Assembly: GCA_024346625.1 (NCBI GenBank)
Contig: AP024668.1
Coordinates: 310,001-374,000 of the forward strand
DNA length: 64,000 bases
Direction of reading: 5' to 3'
DNA from: Williopsis jadinii
Taxonomy: Eukaryota
This document shows, piece after piece, positions 55,416 through 64,000 of this stretch (positions are counted from its first letter, which is position 1; the number at the start of each line of letters is the position of its first letter). The translations under genes were made by a program, and so were the position numbers. Below the pieces are notes generated by a model that saw nothing but the letters and a program-made list of their open reading frames with translations, ran no database searches and was not told the origin of the DNA.

Positions 55416-57855
55416 ATGAAGAAACAAGGCTTCGACTCGAAGAAGTATAAGCAGATAAAGAGACGCCAGGCCAGGCAGATCAAGGCGCAGACACACGATC
55501 CGGGTACGTTGAGCAGTCTCCAAAGAGCATGAGAGAGAGAGATGAGATGAAGGCCTCAGGTACTAACACATCGACATAGCGCTCAACAAGGATGGTATAC
55601 TGAACACGGCGGAGTTTCTCAAATCGAGGAAGTTTGAGATCGGGGAGCTGGAGAAGGCCCAGCTGAACTCGAAGTTTGCGTCATCGACACGGGCATTCCA
55701 GTCGCTACCCAGAACTCTTCGACGCAGAACTGCCTCCCATAACGTCAAGCGTATTCCCAAGAGATTGCGTAAGAGGGCGCTGAGAGAGATGCAGTCGTCT
55801 GATACTCCAGCAGGCTCGAAGCGTGGGAAACTACGTGGCCGAGAGCTATACAGAGCTCGCACTGTGTCCTCGCTGTTAAGACTGGCAACAAGGTTGCAAT
55901 TGCACAAGCAGCTGCCAGGTAATACTACACTGGGGCGGCTAAGGATGAGACAGAGAATCAAAGAGTTGAATAAACAACTGAAGAGCAGTAGAGATGCTGA
56001 CTCGATAGACTTCAACAACACAATCGGATCGTACGACATCTCGTCAGTCAATTCACTCGCATCACCACCAAGAGGAAAGGTTAAATACACCAAACGTCAA
56101 TTAGAATTCACATGGCTGAATACCCATGTTTGGCATGCGAAGAGAGCACACATGATCAAAAGATGGGGGTGGCAGATCCCTCTTCAGCCGACACAGAAGT
56201 GCTTCAGGTCGTCTCACAGAGCGTTCAACCTTGACGGGGCAGTAGTTTGGGACAAGAGCTTCATAGGAACTTGTATCATTCAGGGCGATAACGAAGCAAG
56301 CATCGTGGAACTCGTTAACCAGGTGATTGTCGGCAAGAAATGGACCAAACTGAAGAGCGATGGTCTTTCTATCAACACAATGGTCGAATCTGACGATGAT
56401 ATCATTGGGGAGATTACAATCATAGCTTTCCAAAGTCCAGCGACAAAGAGATGTGTCATCAGGGCACACCCTTCTATATACACAGAAGTTTTCAACTTAC
56501 TGGTCTCTAAACGAACTGAGGACGTTGAGATCGTCGACTGCAGATATGCTCTGGGTTCAATTGAGATCACTGGACCTGTTGCCCTATCTTCATTGGCCAC
56601 TGTTCTAAAACCAGTGGATCCTTCATCTGCCAATGCTCAAATCTTCAAAGAGCTGTGCTGTCAGACAAACCTTCCAGATAAAACCATGTTTACTCTGATG
56701 ATACAGGATCCAAGATTGGCGAATAGAACTAAACCTTCACAACGTTCTAACGCTGATCCCCTTGACTCATTAATCAGGATGAAGGCAACACGTGAGAATT
56801 TGGACCAATTTACCATAGAAGCACTGTTAACTTCCAAGGGGAGAATGGAATCATACAAGGATCAAAAGTCCCTGAAACAGGTTCAAGTCGAATTGAATAG
56901 ACCTGTTGATGAGAGACAACCTGGTAAACCTATCCCTGTTATGCTCTTCAACAACGACGGTGTCTGGACGGTACTGGTTCCATGGTTTTGGACGTTGCCT
57001 ATATGGCACGCACTGGTCCACATTGCCCATGTTAAGCTTGGTGGGTTGAAACAAACACATCAGCTGAAGTTTGAATCTGGGAAGTTGTTCTTCCCTGTGG
57101 ACTTCCCCTTTACACAGGTTGGCGAGTTGGAGAATAAGCTGAATGCCGACGTGAAGAGGGAAAAGTGGGCTAAAAAGCCAAAGGGCAAGAGGGTCAACTA
57201 CGACTCCATCAAAATTGGCAACAGCAGAGGTGAAGTTGGGGATCCATTCGGATGTGACTGGAGATATCTACAGGTGTTACGGATTGCCCTGCCACATGTG
57301 ACCAACAACAGGTCAATATCCAGAACCTCTGTTTGGAATGAGCAATTCCAAAGAAAAATTGAAGAGCTACACGACGTCTACAACCTGATTGAGGACGTCA
57401 AACAGTCCAAAGTGAACAAGCTGTCCAAATTACCGATACGCTTATCAAGCGCAGTGGAGTATCCATCCACCATTGAATCTCCACTCCCAGTGACCACGAT
57501 CAACGTCACTACACTCTCCAGGGGGTCCATCGGCGACAACGCACGCCTCTATTCGATCCCAACGGAGGATTTGAGCGAATGGCTCTCCACCATTGACTCC
57601 AAGCACACCAATGGCAGGAAGAACCACGAGTCTTACCCACAGTGCCCATCACCGCAACATCTGGTCGGGTTCATCACCTCTGGTACCTACAACCTACACG
57701 AGGGCCACGCCACAGGCGTCGGCTGTGTCGACTCGGTGTGGACTACACGCTCAGAGAGGTACCTTCTACTGAGAAACGTCGGTGTTGATGTTGTTCGCCT
57801 GGTTACCTGGGAAGCCGTCGATGCCCTCAAGGCCATGCGCCCTACACGGAGATGA
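55416..57855 (+). CDS. POP1: RNase P/MRP subunit Pop1, two exons (55416-55503 and 55580-57855)
   Basis: After splicing: RAFQSLPRTLRRRTASHNVKRIPKRLR, WLNTHVWHAKRAHM...WGW, FPVDFPFT, GFITSGTYNL. Confidence 0.93.
55504..55579 (+). other. Spliceosomal intron, 76 nt (POP1)
   Basis: GTACGT donor, TACTAAC at 55561-55567, TAG acceptor; G|CG join keeps the frame. Confidence 0.9.
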
Positions 57856-58001
57856 CGCGGGAATCAAAACATTACCCGGCTTACACGTGAAACACACTCC
57901 AAGTAAATAGTGCGCCTACCAAATAAAACGACTATAAAAGAAAACAAATCCGCACCCTGTGGTTTCCAACCACCTTCCCTTTCTCTCTTTTTTTCTTCTT
58001 C

Positions 58002-58140
58002 ATACTTACCTTAAGACGTCACCAGTGATCAAGAAGCCTGCGTGGCCAGTGTTTCCCGTTTGCATTGCACCAAGCATCTCGTAAACACTGCTGACATTCC
58101 CTCGGGAATGGGTGGGTCTTATAATTTTTGATTTCAATCC
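58002..58140 (+). ncRNA. SNR19: U1 spliceosomal snRNA, compact form (3' end approximate)
   Basis: 5' ATACTTACCT; closing helix TAAGAC (58012)/GTCTTA (58116); loop I GATCAAGAAG (58027); stem II CAGTGTTT/AAACACTG around ATTGCAC (58064); hairpin CATTCC-CTCG-GGAATG; Sm site AATTTTTG (58123-58130); TATAAAA at 57933. Confidence 0.93.
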
Positions 58141-58886
58141 TTGCTTGTGATAGTTCATGGACTGAGGCTGCGTATGACGCTTCTTTGCCAGATGACGAAC
58201 TGAACGCGAGATTTGTGAGCCTGTGCTTTCATAACCATGCCGCTTGGAGAAGGTCTTCTCTGTACTGGCGCCTCTTTTCAATTGATTTTATACCAGTTGG
58301 TGTACTTCTTTTGGAGACATTTGCTCTGCGTAGAAGCTGGCGGTCGGCGTTGGCGGCGGCGTCGGTGTCAACGACAAAACCAGCGGCAAAAAAATATCTT
58401 TCGGAATTTTTCGCGCTCAAATTCCGACGCGGAATTTGCTACCCTAAATAGGTTTATACACAATTCGCTTCCGGCAACACGTTGAACATGGCTGATTACA
58501 CCGGAGCTTTCTCGAACAACGGGCCACAACGAGCCCCCAACAGCTTGTCTACTGACTCGCTCTTTGTTACTGACGTGGAGCTTGTGCTTGACGTAACATA
58601 CGTTGAGGTTTTTGCTGTTGTTTTGTTGTCTCAGCGTCAGCCGGCGGTGCCGTAGGGGATGGGCACGCAAACGGCCGACGGCACAGCGGCCCCGGTGGAC
58701 ATTGCCAGTTATCGTGAATTCTGTCTCGTTGTGTTCGTATATTTATGCAATGGCTGACCACACTGATAACCAAAGTTTCTGCATTGATTAGCATCAGAAG
58801 GGTCTATAAATTCGGCACTGTTTCCATCGACTGTTTGCTTCCATCAACACATTTTAGAGACTTTTTCTTGGTGATTTCTCCTTCGA

Positions 58887-60272
58887 ATGACTGGTGCAAA
58901 GCTGAACGTCCGTGCCCTATACAAGGGAACTTTTATACATACTCCGGTGCTGGGGTCTTTGGAGGTGATTGAACATGGCATTGTTGGTGTCGATCACGAT
59001 GGAACCATCGTGATACTGGAGCGCAACAGATCATTGGAACAAGTCATCGAAGACTTTGATCTGGAGGAGGTTGAGACTGTTGATGTTGACCATGGTGGTA
59101 ACAAGTTCTTCTTCCCTGGGTTTATAGATACGCATATCCACGCCCCACAGTACCCAAATAACGGTATCTTTGGTAACTCTACACTGCTGGACTGGCTGAC
59201 AACATATACTTTCCCATTAGAGGCTTCGTTGAAGGATTTGACCAAGGCAAAGTTGGTTTACGATAAGGTGATTGAAAGAACTTTGGGGAACGGCACTACT
59301 TGTGCATCGTACTACGCAACGATAGATACAGATGCTACCAATCTATTGGCTGATTTGTCCATTGAACATGGCCAAAGGGCATTCATCGGGAAAGTCTGTA
59401 TGAATCAAAACTCTCCAGATTATTACTGTGAAACATTTGAAGAGTCCAAAGAGAGCACTCTCAAGGTTATAGAACATATCAACAAAGTTGATCCACATAA
59501 CAAGCTGGTTGCTCCAATCCTCACACCGAGATTCGCACCTTCGTGTACGGATGAACTGCTCCATTGGCTGGGCAATCTTAAGAAGGAGCATGGCTATCAT
59601 TCCCAAACTCACATCTGTGAGAATAAAGATGAGATCAAATGGGTCCACGAGCTATACCCAGATGCAGAGGGCTACACCGATGTCTACAAAGACCATAACT
59701 TGTTGGACGAGAAGACAATCCTTGCCCATGCGATCCATCTAACTGAGCATGAGAAGGATATGATTAGAGATACAGGCGCAGGCGTATCCCATTGTCCTAT
59801 TTCCAATTCCTCAATCACTTCAGGTGAGTGTCGTGTGAGGTGGCTCTTAGACAACGGCATCCCTGTTGGATTGGGCACAGACGTGTCTGGTGGATTCTCA
59901 CCTTCGATATTACAGACCGCAAGACAAGCGGTCCTGGTGTCACGACATTTGGCGATGTCCACGGCTTTGGAGAAAGACAAGCTCTCAGTGGAAGATGTAT
60001 TATACCTGGCTACCCAGGGTGGTGCGAAACTCGTTGGTCTCAACGACAAGATTGGATCGTTTGAAATCGGCAAACAATGGGATGTTCAACTGGTTGATTT
60101 AGACGCTGAAGGGTCCCAAGTTGATGTGTTTGAGTGGCAAGTACCACACATCGTGGAGATTGAAACCTACAAACTGAAGTGGAGTAACGTTATTGCCAAA
60201 TGGCTATTCAACGGTGATGATAGAAACACAACAAAGGTTTGGGTTAACGGAAGACTGGTCAAGGCGTTGTGA
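58887..60272 (+). CDS. GUD1: Guanine deaminase
   Basis: PGFIDTHIHAPQY, TPRFAPSC, QTHICEN, SHCPISN, GLGTDVSGG, GDDRN. Confidence 0.96.
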   Translation: MTGAKLNVRALYKGTFIHTPVLGSLEVIEHGIVGVDHDGTIVILERNRSLEQVIEDFDLEEVETVDVDHGGNKFFFPGFIDTHIHAPQYPNNGIFGNSTLLDWLTTYTFPLEASLKDLTKAKLVYDKVIERTLGNGTTCASYYATIDTDATNLLADLSIEHGQRAFIGKVCMNQNSPDYYCETFEESKESTLKVIEHINKVDPHNKLVAPILTPRFAPSCTDELLHWLGNLKKEHGYHSQTHICENKDEIKWVHELYPDAEGYTDVYKDHNLLDEKTILAHAIHLTEHEKDMIRDTGAGVSHCPISNSSITSGECRVRWLLDNGIPVGLGTDVSGGFSPSILQTARQAVLVSRHLAMSTALEKDKLSVEDVLYLATQGGAKLVGLNDKIGSFEIGKQWDVQLVDLDAEGSQVDVFEWQVPHIVEIETYKLKWSNVIAKWLFNGDDRNTTKVWVNGRLVKAL

Positions 60273-60379
60273 TTTTGCTTTACTGTTGTTATGTGTTGTT
60301 GATCAGTGCTTCTTTTATATTCCTATTTATATTACCCCATTCTCAATGGCTATAGACTCCATTACATATTATGGCCCTT

Positions 60380-61057
60380 CTAATAGTAGGCCGGTGCGTA
60401 CAGCAACGGTAGAGTGGGATGCTTCTCTTGCCATTCAGTGAGGATATCCATGATTTTATCCTCAAAGGGCACACTATCTTCATGTGTCTTACCCTTCTGG
60501 CATGCGTCTGTCAACATCGTAGCCAACTGTAGTATACCTTGACCACCAATTTTGGCATTCTCGTCATCGTCCTTGATGTCAACATTGATAACATGAACAA
60601 TCTTGTTCAAGTTCCCACCACGGTGTAGCAGATCTTCACACACCGAGTCAAAGCATCTCTCCTCGCACGTGAACACGAAATCGAACACGTCGCGTCCTTC
60701 GTGCCATTTCTGAGGTGCCAGTTTGATCTTTTGGTTACGTTCCAACATTCTCGCAAGACCATTGGCTCTATACAGCTTCGAGTCCTGTGCCATCAGCTCC
60801 TTATAAATCTTCTCGTACGGAGTTCCAAACGGATACACATTAGGACGATCTATGGAAGGGCCAGGGAGTCGTACCATGGATCCAGTACCACAGGAGGAAA
60901 CGTTGAAGCCGGCGTCCATTAGCACTTTATGCGATTCCATTGAACTACACCGATGCGGACTGGTCAGTATTGCGTTCTAGCCACGGTCCCGTTGTGAAAA
61001 TTACACTTACCGGTTATTGTTCATCGCACACACGGTACAAAACTTCAAGTCGCTCAT
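60380..61057 (-). CDS. SSU72: RNA polymerase II CTD phosphatase Ssu72, two exons (61057-61011 and 60944-60380)
   Basis: Spliced N-terminus MSDLKFCTVCAMNNNR|SMESH restores the Cx5R motif; GTGSMVRLPGPSID.PN, TCEERCFD. Confidence 0.95.
60945..61010 (-). other. Spliceosomal intron, 66 nt (SSU72)
   Basis: GTAAGT donor, TACTGAC branch, TAG acceptor; splits the catalytic Arg codon CG|T. Confidence 0.92.
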
Positions 61058-61504
61058 CGTTCTCTGCGTTCTATCAGCTATTGCTCGAGGCCTTAAGTGG
61101 TGTTAACAGGTTAAGGTGGTGATAAAAGTAAGCTCAGTGCTTAAGTAGCGAGTTTTCAGTGGTGTGCGGGTGTTGGTAGGAACCACACAGTAATAAGCAG
61201 GCACATAGGAGCGATGCCATACGAACCAATCAAACACCATTTCTCCTTCTTTTCAGGCCTCTATGAGTCCAGTTCTTGTCCAATTGGCTCCATAGCTGAG
61301 GCTAGCGTTCCTAGAAGACGTCCTAAATTGTATATTTTACGTGGTTACGATCAGAGGCTCAGATTCAGCCGTAGTGACAAGGTGATTTAATGATCAAGGC
61401 ATTGGTTCTTGACTTCAAACAGATGACTGCTAGTGCCTACCGTTCAATGTGGTTTACATCTACGTACACAGTGCCATAAAACCTCAAATCGCATTAAAAC
61501 TAAA

Positions 61505-63019
61505 TCATTTAACCTCAGAAACAACGTTCTCAGTGTGGAAGGCAACAGCCTTCTCCTCGTCAAGGTTCTCATCATCAGAACCCTTGTGTGTAATGATCTT
61601 ACCTTGGCTAACCATCTCACGCTGTTCTTCATCAGATAGAACAAAGTTGATGTTTGCGTGACGGTTCTCTGGTCCGATAAATGAGATCAAAAACACGTAG
61701 GCAAACACTGCACCAACAAAGATTGCCATCACTTTAGCGTAGTCGTAGACTCCTTCACGTCTCTCACCAGTCTCTGTGTATAGGGGGAATCTCTCACCGA
61801 TTGTGGTTTCAATGGTGGATGATGCACTGGACACCAAGTTACCCAATTGGTAAGAAACACCAACGACAAATGCTCTAAACTCTGGTGGAGACAACTCAGA
61901 CAAGTGAATAGGAATAACACCCCATGCACCTTGAACGAAGAACTGAAGGAAGAACACACCAGCGTTGATGCCGTTGCCAGTTACAAAAGCCCATGGATAG
62001 ATCATAGCACCACCACAGATGCAGCAAACCATTATGGCAGCACGACGGCCAATGAAACCAGAGAAATGACCAATGACCATACCACCAGCCATAGCACCTA
62101 GATTTGCAACAGAGTTCGTCACGGTTGATCTATCAGATGAAAATCCCAATTGCTTTGTCAACATTGTTGGATACAAATCCTGGGATCCATGGGACATGAA
62201 GTTCATACCAGCCATAAGTAAGACGAGATAGCCCATCTTGACCCATTGTTGTTTGAACGTGTTCCAGGCATCTCTTCTGAAGGTCGATTTTCTGTTGGAC
62301 ATGTGTAGCTTCTGCTGCAAGAACTCCTCTGTTTCTGGAAGGAAGGCTCTCCAAAGGATGAAAAGAACTGGAGGACCAGCAGAGAACCAAAAGAGTGATC
62401 TCCAACCCTTCTCTGTTGTATCAGTGATTGCTCTTTGGAAAATAACAGCCAAAAGATAGCCAAGTGCGTAACCTTGTTGGAACACACCAGAGAGGAACGA
62501 ACGTGCATCTGTTGGCAGTCCTTCAAGGGCCGTGGCAGAGGCTAATCCGTACATAGATCCCATAAAGATACCGAAAAGGGCACGCACACCAAGGAACTCG
62601 GAGTACGTTTTGACAAAACCAGTACCGATTTGAATCACAATAAGGCAGATCAGGTTGACGATCAACGGCCATTTTCTACCATATCTATCACCAAAGTAAC
62701 CAAAGAAGATAGCACCAACAGATCTGAACATCAGAACCAGAGTTATACCCCAGGAGACGTCCTTTACTGAACGGTTCAAGTCTTCAGAGATGTTCGACAT
62801 GTTCAAGGACATGGCGAAGAAGTCCAGCGCATCCCATGTCCACGCCAACATGCCGATGATATAGAACTGCCAATTACGCCAGGTCATCGCTCTCAAGCCA
62901 GGGAACGGGTTCATATGGCTCTTCTCGATCTCCCATTGCTCCCTTGAAGGTATTAGCGTTGTGAAACGCTCTCTTGCGTACTGCGCACACTCCGACATGG
63001 AGTACGTCTTGAATCCCAT
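61505..63019 (-). CDS. JEN-family carboxylate:H+ symporter
   Basis: AWTWDALDFF, GDRYGRKWP, SGVFQQGYALGYLLA, NFMSHGSQDLYPT signature, YQLGNLVSS; JEN1 vs JEN2 type not resolved. Confidence 0.93.
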   Translation of the reverse strand: MGFKTYSMSECAQYARERFTTLIPSREQWEIEKSHMNPFPGLRAMTWRNWQFYIIGMLAWTWDALDFFAMSLNMSNISEDLNRSVKDVSWGITLVLMFRSVGAIFFGYFGDRYGRKWPLIVNLICLIVIQIGTGFVKTYSEFLGVRALFGIFMGSMYGLASATALEGLPTDARSFLSGVFQQGYALGYLLAVIFQRAITDTTEKGWRSLFWFSAGPPVLFILWRAFLPETEEFLQQKLHMSNRKSTFRRDAWNTFKQQWVKMGYLVLLMAGMNFMSHGSQDLYPTMLTKQLGFSSDRSTVTNSVANLGAMAGGMVIGHFSGFIGRRAAIMVCCICGGAMIYPWAFVTGNGINAGVFFLQFFVQGAWGVIPIHLSELSPPEFRAFVVGVSYQLGNLVSSASSTIETTIGERFPLYTETGERREGVYDYAKVMAIFVGAVFAYVFLISFIGPENRHANINFVLSDEEQREMVSQGKIITHKGSDDENLDEEKAVAFHTENVVSEVK

Positions 63020-64000
63020 GTTTTCCAGTTTGTTCACACAGATTGCAGCAAGAAACGGGGTGCAAGAATGAGAAACAGACAGAGCTCCGGGGAGAGACAA
63101 GGGAGGTGTGGACAATTGAAAGTATTTATAACTGGCTCGATAGACACTTTCAAGGAAATGAACCCACAACGGAAACAAACCAAAATAGCAGTACCAATCA
63201 GAGAGATATGCATGGTCAAGCGCACAAGCCACAAACACCGCTGTTTAAACTTTCATTGCGCGTGGGAATGGCAACGCAATCCCGCCTAATGCCGTAGAAA
63301 AACTGCCCTTTCCGCTTTCCATTACCCCGCATGACTGTCCGTTTGTCCCCTTTCATTTTGTCTGCATATTTTGTCTTTTGGGCCTCAGTTTCCAACTCTA
63401 TTTCTCCGATTTGGCGATCCCCCAGGTAATCAGGCCCTTTGGCGGTAATACTGGCGGGTAAATTCGTCTTGTCGTTGAAATGATGGGTGGGGTATTTGTC
63501 TGCTTCTATGTGGGTACCATCCACGGATGTAATGATCTTTTGGTGGAGGCTTCCCATTGTGGCCACTTGGCTTGGAACATTGGCAACGGTCATGGCCCCA
63601 AGAACGTAGTCAAGGACAGCCGTAGCAAATTGTAGAGATGTCGTAAGAAAACAGATCATGGCCCACGATGGAGACGATGACCACTCACTGTTGCTCATGT
63701 CCACTTCCATGTGCGAGATCCTTTTATCCAATTGTGTGTGTGTGTTATTCCTGTATGATTCATAATGACTCAGAATCAGATGACTGCGTCAACTCCTGCT
63801 TTTTTCTTTTTGAATCTTCAAAATGAATATTGCACGCCAGATAGCAAGCCTGAGTACTCATTCCCGGAACACTGAAGCCCCCCCCCCCCAGATGAACTAA
63901 GGAGATGATCGACCATTGGCACTACAAGCCAGCTGGCAATGTTCTAATGGTCTGTAAGTGTATCTCTTTTGTATATTGGCCTATTATCGTAATTAGTGCT

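Noticed and set aside
58006..58281. 91-aa minus ORF ending near an apparent GTAAGT donor
   Set aside because: The donor-like sequence is the complement of the U1 5' end; the region is explained by the U1 gene

Overview
64 kb of gene-dense budding-yeast (Saccharomycotina) nuclear DNA, not prokaryotic. CTG sits at conserved Leu positions (e.g. ADE12 GKLVDLL), so the standard code applies. A complex I subunit and an Eat1-family gene suggest a pre-WGD Cyberlindnera/Wickerhamomyces-like yeast (inference). About 30 protein genes can be recognised. Many are homologues of S. cerevisiae genes from the YNL215-240 and YDL233-238 blocks (NAR1, LAP3, KEX2, YTP1, SIN4, IES2, PPN2, MGS1, ALG9, ADE12, POP1, SSU72, GYP7, MFG1, YPD1, PHO13, GUD1). 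Others include ELP4, FZO1, an H2A/H2B pair, GDH1, KAR5 and three transporters. Features the ORF track misses: a compact U1 snRNA gene (58002-~58140); four short spliceosomal introns (SIN4, POP1, SSU72 and an uncharacterised Zn-finger/WRKY-GCM1-like gene); an in-frame TAG inside the polyQ tract of the MFG1-like gene; an Eat1 homologue with Gly at the expected catalytic Asp; a flavocytochrome-b2-like enzyme lacking its heme domain, paired with a SEO1-like transporter; decayed tandem copies upstream of the transporter genes; and several intergenic minisatellites. Gene identities come from motif recognition only; no searches were run.
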